The notes under the pieces are model-generated. The model had not been told where the DNA came from. It was given only the letters and a program-made list of their open reading frames with translations, and searched no databases. Source: a virus (taxonomy: Duplodnaviria; Caudoviricetes). Taken from it: 56,028 nt of DNA. The stretch is taken from positions 1-56,028 of the IMG/VR virus record IMGVR_UViG_3300041809_000290. One strand, written 5' to 3'. Position numbers and translations under genes: made by a program. Below are positions 16,797 through 26,505 of the stretch, piece after piece; position 1 is the first letter of the stretch, and each line of letters opens with the position of its first letter.

Positions 16797-17953
16797 ACCG
16801 AATATTGGTTGCCATAGGCAACGCTAACATACTTGAAATACTAGAGCAGTATACTCAAATAAAAATATATGTATCGGTAAATGGTGGAACCACGTACAAT
16901 GAACTCACCACCCCTGCCACTAGAATAACAATTAATTCCTATCAAGCTGAATATTATTATGATGATTTAACGGTATATACTGGAGTACCGCAAGTCTATT
17001 ATACCAGTTCATTTTATAATCCGGTCGGTCCCCTTGAGAGTGCTCAATCTGCGCCTCAAATAAATAGTCTGCAAAATACTCAAGTTGGATTTAGTTTCGA
17101 CAATTATATACCTCCTCCTAACGAGTGGGGCAAAATATTGACGGCGGATGATCTTCGATATACCTATATGTGGGGAATCGATATGACATCTTCCGATGTA
17201 GAACAGACTAACTTTCAAGACTCACAACTCGACTTCTATATTCGAGAATCCGTGGGAGATTGGGAACGATTGCTTGATTTTGATATAATGAAGCACGTTT
17301 ATAAAACTGACGATCCAATCCTAGATCCTATTAGTAAGTATCATCGCTCGAAATATTGGAGAGGCGGTGTAGATTACACTGATGAAGATGATTCGTATCC
17401 TTATGACCCGATGCAATGGCAGAATTTTGGATTCTTGCAGTTGAGACATCAACCTATTGTATCCGTTGAACGTTGTATATTTAAAAATCCTGTAGGTGGA
17501 CAAATGATGGATTTGATTGCTATGCAGTGGATTCGAATTAATAAAAAGGCCGGGCAATTAAACTTCTACCCCACTAACGGAGCGCCATACGGTCCGTTCG
17601 CTAGTGGAGTATTGCCATGGAGGTTGTTTGGTGGAAGATATTCAAATGCATATTATGTTAACTATACAACGGGATTTCCGACATCTGAGTTTGTTCCTGA
17701 TGACCTTCGGTCGGTAATCGGGAAATGGGCAGTTATTAAAATAATGTCAACAGTTGGTGATGGACTTCTGGCCGGATTTAGTTCTCAAAGTGTTAGTCTT
17801 GATGGAATATCGGAGAGTTTTTCTAGCACGCAAAGCGCTACGTCTGCTTTCTTTGGAGCTAGAATAATGCAGATGCAAAGGGAAATCAAGGATTGGCTTG
17901 ATAACAATAGGTCTAAATACGGCAAAATCCCGCTTAGTTTTACGGGATTCTAA
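16793..17953 (+). CDS. Head-tail adaptor/neck protein
   Basis: VNYTTGF...GFSSQSVSLDGISESFSSTQSA motif; position. Confidence 0.75.
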   Translation: MNRILVAIGNANILEILEQYTQIKIYVSVNGGTTYNELTTPATRITINSYQAEYYYDDLTVYTGVPQVYYTSSFYNPVGPLESAQSAPQINSLQNTQVGFSFDNYIPPPNEWGKILTADDLRYTYMWGIDMTSSDVEQTNFQDSQLDFYIRESVGDWERLLDFDIMKHVYKTDDPILDPISKYHRSKYWRGGVDYTDEDDSYPYDPMQWQNFGFLQLRHQPIVSVERCIFKNPVGGQMMDLIAMQWIRINKKAGQLNFYPTNGAPYGPFASGVLPWRLFGGRYSNAYYVNYTTGFPTSEFVPDDLRSVIGKWAVIKIMSTVGDGLLAGFSSQSVSLDGISESFSSTQSATSAFFGARIMQMQREIKDWLDNNRSKYGKIPLSFTGF

Positions 17954-17956
17954 CGC

Positions 17957-17981
17957 AATTCCGTGTCATCGTCACGGAATT
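17957..17981. repeat. Dispersed 25-bp palindrome, copy 2
   Basis: AATTCCGTG-TCATCGT-CACGGAATT. Confidence 0.9.
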
Positions 17982-17998
17982 AGCAAGGGGAGGTTTTT

Positions 17999-18478
17999 AT
18001 GGCAAAGGTTACGTATCAGAATCAAGATGGTGCTCTCGATAATGTAGCTCACTTCGGCTGCATGTGCGCTAGTATTTACAATTACAAGTCCCTGTTCATG
18101 GGAATTGACACCAGCATTCAAGAACTAAACGATATCTGGAATAAGGCTATTGCTGCCGGAATAATTGACGGAAATAAACTTGATTCCACCTATCTTGAAG
18201 TTGAGAGCCCACAAGGTCTTATAGATTTAATTGGCCTTCCTCTTCAATACGTGGATCGGCATATCACCAATATCAATGAGCCTATCCCTCCTAATACCTA
18301 TGTACTTAACGAATATTTCAGACAGTCAAATGGATTCCACCACTTCTGTAGTGGAGGTTTGGACGGGGTTCTTCTATTCGATCCTATTTATTCTTGGGAC
18401 GGGTCGAAGAACATAGGATCGCAAACAGTAATGCACGGTGTGCTCTTAGAGCGCAGATTCTATACGATCGTGGGTTAA
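17999..18478 (+). CDS. Papain-fold (C39/DUF261-like) cysteine peptidase, candidate cell-wall hydrolase
   Basis: YQNQ...GCMCAS...HHF...LFDP gives the Q-C-H-D order. Confidence 0.6.
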   Translation: MAKVTYQNQDGALDNVAHFGCMCASIYNYKSLFMGIDTSIQELNDIWNKAIAAGIIDGNKLDSTYLEVESPQGLIDLIGLPLQYVDRHITNINEPIPPNTYVLNEYFRQSNGFHHFCSGGLDGVLLFDPIYSWDGSKNIGSQTVMHGVLLERRFYTIVG

Positions 18479-18482
18479 TTAA

Positions 18483-19640
18483 ATGTCGGGCGGCGGCGGA
18501 ACAAGTTGGAAACTTAGAACCTATCAGACTGTCTCTCGTTACGAGGCAGCCTTAGCTAGGCATGCCCAATGGTGTAGGTGGGTCAAGGTACTGACATGTC
18601 CTTGCATAACAGACACAACCAATCAACCTCTAGCTGATTGTCCAATATGTAAAGGACGAGGGGAACTATTCTCCTCTCCTGGTCCATTTTTAATCATTGA
18701 TGAAGATGCATATCCTGATTATTATGGAAGAATTAACATTCAAAATGGACCATTTATAACTGGTACGCCTTCGGTTTATCAAGTCATAAATACTCAAAAT
18801 AATCAATATAATGAAATCGCTCTAGGAACTCAGCCGATTGGAAATGGATATATACAATTAGCATTTCCATGGCCTAGCCCATCTACCAAGTTGTTCGCAA
18901 ACTATGCGTTCGATCAATATACGACAGTTACAAACGAGAATTCTACAGTGATACGCAGTTGTATATTACAAACAACCGGAACCGCATTTAATTATAAGGG
19001 TAGAACTTATTATGGCGACATAGCAAATGTAATAAGTGTATTTAATTCTACTAAGAACGAATATTACACTGTTTTGAATATATCTCAACAGTATATATAT
19101 CTTACGGGAATGGGATCTTGGTCTTCTGGTGATACCTTGCAAGTATCCTACACATTCATGCAACCGTTCCAATTTGTTATACACTCGGTTAGTCCACAAC
19201 GATCTTGGAGAGACGGGTTTATTGCCGACTCTTCTGATGCAGTAATTCAATCTCCCTATTATTATCCAATATTTGCGAACGATCTAATAACTGCTCTTAG
19301 TATGGATGTCGAGGGGACGGAAATAATAGATCCTAGAATAAATTCGGGAAATAACTGGGATATAATTAAATCTGTTTATGACGTTGATACTATTTACGCC
19401 ATTATTGATCATTCTGGAAAATCATATGATCCCATTGCTTCTGTTATGGTATTGAATAGGACTGAGCTTCATTGGATAAATCCGAAGCCAAATGTTAGAT
19501 ATACCGTAAAATTTAAATACCATCCTACTTTTATGGGATTACCTAGTATGGATACTGCAAGAAGCGCTGAGAACAAGAAGTTTGTTAATAGAATTAACGC
19601 TAAACTAAGAGATAAGATGAATAATCAGGTGGTATTCTAA
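18483..19640 (+). CDS. Neck/head-closure protein
   Basis: CPC...CPICKGRG N-terminal motif; position. Confidence 0.65.
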   Translation: MSGGGGTSWKLRTYQTVSRYEAALARHAQWCRWVKVLTCPCITDTTNQPLADCPICKGRGELFSSPGPFLIIDEDAYPDYYGRINIQNGPFITGTPSVYQVINTQNNQYNEIALGTQPIGNGYIQLAFPWPSPSTKLFANYAFDQYTTVTNENSTVIRSCILQTTGTAFNYKGRTYYGDIANVISVFNSTKNEYYTVLNISQQYIYLTGMGSWSSGDTLQVSYTFMQPFQFVIHSVSPQRSWRDGFIADSSDAVIQSPYYYPIFANDLITALSMDVEGTEIIDPRINSGNNWDIIKSVYDVDTIYAIIDHSGKSYDPIASVMVLNRTELHWINPKPNVRYTVKFKYHPTFMGLPSMDTARSAENKKFVNRINAKLRDKMNNQVVF

Positions 19641-20563
19641 TGGCCGAAGATATTCATGTTTCAATTGAAGACTTCTTCCCTTCGTTCTTCGATTTACATG
19701 AAGGAGTGAATGCAACTCCACTACCTCATCTTGATCAAGTTATTAATACAATAGCTCAAGAAGTTCTGGTTACGTGGCGTAAATTTACTATGGGAGAGCC
19801 GATACCGGGTACTCCTCGAGTAATTAATTCGAGAGGAGATTATACTAAATCCATAATATTATTTGATCAAGGTGAAAATAGAATAATAGAGTCTAAAGGT
19901 CCATGGACAGGCTGGATTGAAAAAGGTCATGGAGAGATCGATTTGAAGCCAGGGCTTTTGCATGGACCGAAAGCACGAATGGGGAAAAAAGGACCCTACA
20001 CTATTGTTTCATTTAGAAGTGGAGTACCAACCACTCTTCGTTCTAATGATCCTATGCCTCCTCCTATATATCGACATATGAAAAAGATAACCAATGCTAT
20101 CGATGAAGCATATGCGTCAGGAGAATCCGCGCAACCTGGAACCTCTCGCGTTATTGGCAAGAAATTTGAAATAGTCAAAAACTCGAAGGGTATACTTGAA
20201 AAGAGAGTTGCAAACAATTACAGGTGGGGCTACAGGTTGCCCAAGGAAGCGGGTGGAAACCCTGAAACAAAACAAGTACAAGGTGGAACGTTTCATTACA
20301 ATGGAACTACCTATCAAGTAGCAAAGGGAGCTTATACTTGGAAGTCGGGTAAGCACTCTAACATGGTTAGAATGGATACTACAGCCGGATTAAAAAGGAC
20401 ATCGGAGTATCGAACATTCCGAGTTGTTTCATATAAGTCAGACCCTAGGTCATGGATAATTCCCGAACTTGCACCGCTCCCAATTCGAGAAAAGGTTATA
20501 GAAGCTATAACTCCAAAGGCAAATGAAATAATTCGAACAACACTAGAGGAAGACTTGAGATGA
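19640..20563 (+). CDS. Neck/tail completion protein
   Basis: IEKGHGEIDLKPGLL...YRTFRVVS...SWIIP; position. Confidence 0.65.
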   Translation: MAEDIHVSIEDFFPSFFDLHEGVNATPLPHLDQVINTIAQEVLVTWRKFTMGEPIPGTPRVINSRGDYTKSIILFDQGENRIIESKGPWTGWIEKGHGEIDLKPGLLHGPKARMGKKGPYTIVSFRSGVPTTLRSNDPMPPPIYRHMKKITNAIDEAYASGESAQPGTSRVIGKKFEIVKNSKGILEKRVANNYRWGYRLPKEAGGNPETKQVQGGTFHYNGTTYQVAKGAYTWKSGKHSNMVRMDTTAGLKRTSEYRTFRVVSYKSDPRSWIIPELAPLPIREKVIEAITPKANEIIRTTLEEDLR

Positions 20564-21354
20564 TAACGAAGAGTTTAACTTCACAGATATCTTCCTCTAT
20601 TGTCGCTTCTGGATCAACACAGAATATTCAAGTTGTTGAAGTTAGAAACCCTGAGTTTATATTGCCACCTATTATATCATGGTATTTTAAGCAGCTAGAT
20701 TTGGCCAATTTACACCCGAACTTTCCCACAGTTCGAGTTGGAAATACCCATCCATTTGCCATGTTATTATATCAAGAAGTTCAAGGTCAAGATTTGGATT
20801 TAAGTGTATTCCCTTCAATAACTGTGATTGACAGTTCATCGTCTCAAATTGCCATGGAGTTAGGAAATGGGCAAACTAATGGGACTTTATATAATTCAGG
20901 AGGTGCTTCCGTATTGTATCCTGTGTTTAGACAAGGTATAGTAAATGGCCAATTTAAAACATCAATGGCAAATGTAGCTCTTCTTGATGCGGCAATGAAT
21001 TCAATTGGATATGTTAATTATACAAGTACTCGTTACGTGTCGCAACATAACATAGATATAAATATATGGGCAGAGAATAAGGACTTCGTGAGTGAACTAT
21101 TCGATCTGGTTAGCCACTTCTTTATCGATAACAAAATCGCTCTTCATGAATCGCAAGGTCTTCAATTAATAGAGGCGTTCAATGGACGTAGGTCTGGAGA
21201 TATTAACTTGGATTTTGGAAAACTTCTATATGGTGCTGTTTTAACTGTCCCAATGATGATAGAACACCATTCATACAACTTTACGATTAATAATCCGACC
21301 ATCATAACTTCGGTTGATGACACTACGGTATATCCTGGATTTACTCACGTATAA
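20560..21354 (+). CDS. Putative tail terminator/completion protein
   Basis: FPSITV motif; precedes the sheath gene. Confidence 0.55.
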   Translation: MITKSLTSQISSSIVASGSTQNIQVVEVRNPEFILPPIISWYFKQLDLANLHPNFPTVRVGNTHPFAMLLYQEVQGQDLDLSVFPSITVIDSSSSQIAMELGNGQTNGTLYNSGGASVLYPVFRQGIVNGQFKTSMANVALLDAAMNSIGYVNYTSTRYVSQHNIDINIWAENKDFVSELFDLVSHFFIDNKIALHESQGLQLIEAFNGRRSGDINLDFGKLLYGAVLTVPMMIEHHSYNFTINNPTIITSVDDTTVYPGFTHV

Positions 21355-21365
21355 AGGAGAGTTAT

Positions 21366-21614
21366 ATGTCTGACAAAGAGGAAATTAAAGTTGAAGTACC
21401 TAAAGTAGATTCGCAGAGACCTGCTATTAAACCACCGGTAGAAATGATTCATAGGGATAATTATTTCAATACTTATCACCCTGATTTCGATGTTGTTCTT
21501 CGTGCTTATATTTCGGAAACTTCTCATGCTACAATTAAAAGTAAAGAAGAGTGGGATGCGCTTGTAGAAAAGCACGTTCCTGAAATTGTTAATACTAAGA
21601 AGGTGGAGGAATAA
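21366..21614 (+). CDS. Hypothetical protein
   Basis: AAAGGAG RBS. Confidence 0.7.
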   Translation: MSDKEEIKVEVPKVDSQRPAIKPPVEMIHRDNYFNTYHPDFDVVLRAYISETSHATIKSKEEWDALVEKHVPEIVNTKKVEE

Positions 21615-21615
21615 A

Positions 21616-23334
21616 ATGGCTATAAGCAACGGTAATATTCCCTTTAACAACTTTAGTAGCGGTGGAATTTTATCAAGCCATATTATCCCAGGTGCTTACT
21701 CTCATATAGTTGCCAACGTAGGTTCGGCTGGAGTAGTGCAAGGTAACGTTGGCGTTATCATGGGTCAGTGCACGCAAGGTCAACCACAAGTACTTATGCA
21801 ATTTAATTCTCCCACCCAAGCCGAGCAGACTTTAGGTAGCGGAGAACTTTGTGATGCTGTTCGAATGGCATTCAATCCGTCCCCGAATTATACTCCGCAA
21901 GCTATATATGCCATGCGGGTAAATAGTGCAACTCAATCAACTTTGAATTTATCAAATGCTATTCCTAACGTAGTAATAGCTCTTACCAGTGCTGACTATG
22001 GTTTGATCACGCAACAAGTGAACATAACTATATCCGCCGGTACGAACGTAGGACAAAAGCTCGTTATTAACTTCCAAAACAACACCCAAACATTTGACAA
22101 TACGTATAGATCGTCTCTTACTCTAACTCACGCCACTGCCACTGTATCGATAACCACCAATAGTGGGACTAATACGATGGTATTGAGTGTGGGAACTTAC
22201 ACCATACAGCTTGCCAACTATCCAACCCTCGCTGCTCTTGCTGCTTATATAAACACTCTGACCGGATACACGGCCGTTGTGACCGCCGGTCAATCGAACG
22301 CGAGCCCTCTTCTTCTGGATAGCACTGCATCGGCGCAGAGCTTGCTCGGAGGTTATGTTTGCACTAGCAATATGCAGGCTGTTATAGATACGATTAACAA
22401 CAATTGCATTTACGCTACGGCAGTGGCTGCCAATGGCGCGAACAATAGAACCGCCCCATCCAACATCGCCACCACCTATTTCGGTACTGGTACTGACGGA
22501 ACGTACACGGCTACCGATTGGACTAATGCACTGACGGCAATGACCGCATACAATGTGAACTTCATAGCAACTCCCAATTCGAGCGCAAGTGTCTGGGCAT
22601 CGATTAGTGCACATGTAACCTCTATGTGCGCTCCTAGCGGAAGAAAGGAGCGTCAATTCCTTTGTGGAAATGCTTATGGAACTACTGATACTCAAAGGGT
22701 CACGGATGCACAAACTCTGAATAGTCAATATGGAATGTACGTGGTTCAGGGATTCACTCAGTACAATATAAACGGAATCGCAACCCAATATGGGGCCGGA
22801 TATACTGCATGTCTTCTTTTGGGGATAATTTGTTCAACTGCAATAAATATGCCCCTTACTTCAAAGACTTTAAACGTAATTTCCTTGGAAGCAAACCTTC
22901 CTACGTCCAGAGTTGAGCCGCTTCTCTCGAATGGTTGTTGCGTAGTTAACTACGACGCGAGCGGACTTCCCAAGATAGTTCGTCAACTTAATTCGTATCA
23001 GACGGCCAACTTACTTTGGAACGAGTGGAGTTCAGTGCGAGAAATGAATTATGTTTCGCTCGACCTTCGAAATTACCTACAGAATCTTTATGTCGGGCAA
23101 CCTGGGTCTAACTTCTCACAGGGTGTTATCATAGGGGCGGTAACTGCTCGTTTAAAGTACTATGTCTCTCAAGGAATCTTCACGGCTGATAACACTGGAA
23201 AGTCATTCTGGAATATTCAAATATCGTTGAATGGATCGGTTCTTACTATAGACTACGATGCCTATATAACTTTGCCAATCAACTTCGTGTTTCTCACTCA
23301 ACACTTCCACGATGTCGTTCAGGCCGTGTCTTAA
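21616..23334 (+). CDS. Contractile tail sheath protein
   Basis: IPGAY N-terminus, GTGTDG...W..AL, PINFV C-terminus; GGAGG RBS. Confidence 0.9.
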   Translation: MAISNGNIPFNNFSSGGILSSHIIPGAYSHIVANVGSAGVVQGNVGVIMGQCTQGQPQVLMQFNSPTQAEQTLGSGELCDAVRMAFNPSPNYTPQAIYAMRVNSATQSTLNLSNAIPNVVIALTSADYGLITQQVNITISAGTNVGQKLVINFQNNTQTFDNTYRSSLTLTHATATVSITTNSGTNTMVLSVGTYTIQLANYPTLAALAAYINTLTGYTAVVTAGQSNASPLLLDSTASAQSLLGGYVCTSNMQAVIDTINNNCIYATAVAANGANNRTAPSNIATTYFGTGTDGTYTATDWTNALTAMTAYNVNFIATPNSSASVWASISAHVTSMCAPSGRKERQFLCGNAYGTTDTQRVTDAQTLNSQYGMYVVQGFTQYNINGIATQYGAGYTACLLLGIICSTAINMPLTSKTLNVISLEANLPTSRVEPLLSNGCCVVNYDASGLPKIVRQLNSYQTANLLWNEWSSVREMNYVSLDLRNYLQNLYVGQPGSNFSQGVIIGAVTARLKYYVSQGIFTADNTGKSFWNIQISLNGSVLTIDYDAYITLPINFVFLTQHFHDVVQAVS

Positions 23335-23394
23335 AGGGACTGATATGATGTTACTCCTGAACGAATATGGCAAATAAAGAAAGGAGAGTAAATT

Positions 23395-23871
23395 ATGACC
23401 AAGCTCGTGGCCGGGGGTAGTGAGGTACAGATTCAAATCATCCAAAACGCAAGCGGGCCTGCCATCCCCCTCGGCCTTGTGACTGGAGCCTCATTCGATG
23501 AGGACTTCGGAATACAAGGTGCTAGGGTAATCGGATATTTAGGCCCAGTATCGTATGATTCTCAGGATTATTCGTGCATGATTAATCTAGGGACTTACGT
23601 TCCTCAAACTCAGGGATCTAGCAATTCGAATGCTCCTTACCCTGATGGAGGACAAAAGACCCTCGCGGATTATCTTCCGACTCGTGCACAAATTCAATCG
23701 AACAACGGAGTTCCTGGAGGGTTTAATACTTTACAGTTTGTAAATACGGCTACTGGAGCTATAGTAAATCAGTTTGAAAATGTGATAATAGCAAGCGATG
23801 GTACTCAAATATCTCCCAATAGTTACCTAACGAACAACGTTAGGCTTATGGCCGTCGAACGTTCAATATAA
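23395..23871 (+). CDS. Tail tube protein
   Basis: Follows sheath; size; DEDFGIQGARVIG. Confidence 0.8.
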   Translation: MTKLVAGGSEVQIQIIQNASGPAIPLGLVTGASFDEDFGIQGARVIGYLGPVSYDSQDYSCMINLGTYVPQTQGSSNSNAPYPDGGQKTLADYLPTRAQIQSNNGVPGGFNTLQFVNTATGAIVNQFENVIIASDGTQISPNSYLTNNVRLMAVERSI

Positions 23872-23881
23872 GGAGTAAATC

Positions 23882-24250
23882 ATGTCCACTTCATTTGGTG
23901 AAGAGAAAACTTATACAATAGGAAGAACGATTCTTAAAGAGAGTGATCTGAAAATAAAATTCACTTATAATGACGAAGTATTTACCCTTCATTATCCCAA
24001 CCCTGGCGAAAAGGCTCTGATAGAAGTGGACGTAGCCAGAAGACTTAGCGGGGTTCCTAGAGATTCTGTAGACCCTGAACAAGCGTCTCTTATAACGGCC
24101 ACTTGCTATGTGTCAGATTTATATATAAAGGACGAATGTCCCGAGTGGTTTAAACCTTGGGAATGCTACGATGAAATGTTAATTGCAAAGTTGTATAGGG
24201 AATACCTTAGCTTTCGAGACAAATTACAAAACAGATTTAGCAAACCTTGA
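23882..24250 (+). CDS. Tail assembly chaperone
   Basis: Between tube and tape measure genes. Confidence 0.7.
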   Translation: MSTSFGEEKTYTIGRTILKESDLKIKFTYNDEVFTLHYPNPGEKALIEVDVARRLSGVPRDSVDPEQASLITATCYVSDLYIKDECPEWFKPWECYDEMLIAKLYREYLSFRDKLQNRFSKP

Positions 24251-24560
24251 CTATGATAAGGCGGCAGAATTAAATGCGATTGACATTTGGATATGCTTAC
24301 ATTTTAGGAAGCTGCCGACTGAGAAGGTAGTTCAGGACCTTAGTGATGAAGCTAAGATCCTACTATTCAAGGGATTTTTAAATGCTCCAAGTCGTGAAGA
24401 ACTTCAATTGCTTTATGCTAAGCAATTACAGAACGAAAAGGAGCAGTTTGCAAATGAATCATTAAGAAAGATGGGATATTCTGACGCACAAATTAAAGAG
24501 ATAAGGGAAGAGTTAAGAACCAGACCGGTAGAAATCGACCCTTATCTTGTAGGTGGTTAA
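24213..24560 (+). CDS. Tail chaperone extension, probably reached by +1 frameshift
   Basis: Overlapping +1 frame without a good RBS/ATG; AGC-TTT-CGA at 24209-24217. Confidence 0.55.
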   Translation, partial: FETNYKTDLANLDYDKAAELNAIDIWICLHFRKLPTEKVVQDLSDEAKILLFKGFLNAPSREELQLLYAKQLQNEKEQFANESLRKMGYSDAQIKEIREELRTRPVEIDPYLVGG

Positions 24561-26505
24561 TATGCCTGATATAGTCGCCCGTATAGTATTACAAGCTTCA
24601 GGTGGTAATCAGGCCGCTAACGAAATTAAGAAAGTTGGTGAAGCTGCACGCGAAGCTCGACGTGATTCTGCGGGGGGATTTGGAGCATCCATCGGTGGCA
24701 ACGCCGGTGGAGGAGGTTACGAGCGGTCTTCCTCTGGATTATATATACCTAGTGGCATGGACGCTCTACGACAAGAACACAAAGAGTTTCTTGACATCAC
24801 TAGAAAATATGGAAAAAAAAATCCGACTAAAGCACCTGAAAGAAATGTTGGTGCGGGACGCGCAAGCGACGGGCGAGAAAACACAGGATTCGGATTTATT
24901 CGTGGTGCCGCTCAAGGAGTAGAAGACATCGGATCTGGAGATTTAATAGGCGGAGCAGGAACGGGAATAGCTGGATTATCAAGAATGTTGGGTGGCGCTG
25001 CCGGCGCCATTGCTCTTGCTGCCGGACTTAGCATATATGCGGGAAATAAACTAGCTACTAATTCTACTGAGTGGGGAGGGCAATTTAATAAATCTAGTGC
25101 TAGATTAGGCTATAATTTGTCTGATCTTGTTGGAATAGGTAAGAATTTTAAATCTGGTATGGTTGGAAAAGCTCAAGGAACTGGTATGGGCGACCAGATA
25201 CTCCAATTTATGAATGCATTAGGAGAATTTGGTGGATCTAAAATAAAAGAATCTGATTTATTTAATACGGATAAATCAAATCATGCCAATGTTTTGTCTC
25301 AAGCATTTTATGAAGGTGTTGATCCAACAATACAAGCTCGATATATTGCTCTTAAACAGCATGGTGGAATGGGTTATGGAGAACTATTTGGAACTAATGG
25401 TAGAAATGGAATTTCTGATATGCCAGGAATTTCACAAGCAAACAAAGGAAGATTTATAACAGATATTAGTAATATAGTTGAACAAGCAATGTCGATGGGA
25501 ATTAAGAAAGGGTCTTCAACTTTGCTTAGTCAATCCTATGCCGTTGGAATAAACAATCTAATGCAATTTGGACATGCTTCTATAGAAGGAGCGGAATCAA
25601 TATATAATAAACAAATTGGATTTCAAAGATCCATTGGTGGTGGCATTAAATCGGCCGAGCAAGCTTGGTCTTTTATGCAATTCAGAAGGAATGGCGACAG
25701 TTACACCGATACGTTGATGAGAGCTATGAACGCCAGTCCTGATGAAACATATGAAAGAATAAGAACAATGTTTCCTAATGATATAGATGGACAAAGAATT
25801 GCTCTAATGCAAACTTTAGGAGTCAATGTAGAAGAGGCACAGAGAATAATTGATTCTCATATGGGATCGGAAGAAGCAGCTAATCGTAAAATGGATCGTA
25901 ATATTCCATCTATAAATGCTGCGAAAATTTTGACATTGACTCCTCCTGATGTTGGATCAGATTATTTACGAAATCAACGATCAACAGAAGGGGGTCTAAA
26001 GGCTATAGGAGAAGCGCTATCTAATGTATTTGGAAATGTCCGAGAATCAATAGCTCACCCTTATGACAACAGAATGTCCACTCCCGTTGGAAGGGTTGTT
26101 TCGTCGTTAAGAGACATGAATTGGTCAGTGGGATTACCGTCCGCATTATCACAGGCATATAATAAAACAAAAGTCATACCTGGGTCTGCAATGGAGGATC
26201 TGTCCGCGCAAATGAGCCTCTACAATACAAAGCAACTTCCTGATAGTTATTTAAATATGAAAGGGGCAGGTGGAAAGACAGAATCAAGTGCGTTTGCTAC
26301 TTTAAACAATTTATTTAAGAATGTACCCGATTTATTTACTAATAAGATAGACCAGAAGGAATTCCAAACAAACTTAATGCAAGGTCAGAAGCCTGATTAT
26401 ATACCTGATATGATTTCTGTGCTTAATGAATTGCGAAGTGAACTTCGAACTCATTATCATCAGACGGTGACTGATGAGGGTAGAGTTCAGGTGGAATCCA
26501 AATGA
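24553..26505 (+). CDS. Tape measure protein
   Basis: Gly/Ala-rich helical composition; canonical position. Confidence 0.75.
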   Translation: MVNMPDIVARIVLQASGGNQAANEIKKVGEAAREARRDSAGGFGASIGGNAGGGGYERSSSGLYIPSGMDALRQEHKEFLDITRKYGKKNPTKAPERNVGAGRASDGRENTGFGFIRGAAQGVEDIGSGDLIGGAGTGIAGLSRMLGGAAGAIALAAGLSIYAGNKLATNSTEWGGQFNKSSARLGYNLSDLVGIGKNFKSGMVGKAQGTGMGDQILQFMNALGEFGGSKIKESDLFNTDKSNHANVLSQAFYEGVDPTIQARYIALKQHGGMGYGELFGTNGRNGISDMPGISQANKGRFITDISNIVEQAMSMGIKKGSSTLLSQSYAVGINNLMQFGHASIEGAESIYNKQIGFQRSIGGGIKSAEQAWSFMQFRRNGDSYTDTLMRAMNASPDETYERIRTMFPNDIDGQRIALMQTLGVNVEEAQRIIDSHMGSEEAANRKMDRNIPSINAAKILTLTPPDVGSDYLRNQRSTEGGLKAIGEALSNVFGNVRESIAHPYDNRMSTPVGRVVSSLRDMNWSVGLPSALSQAYNKTKVIPGSAMEDLSAQMSLYNTKQLPDSYLNMKGAGGKTESSAFATLNNLFKNVPDLFTNKIDQKEFQTNLMQGQKPDYIPDMISVLNELRSELRTHYHQTVTDEGRVQVESK

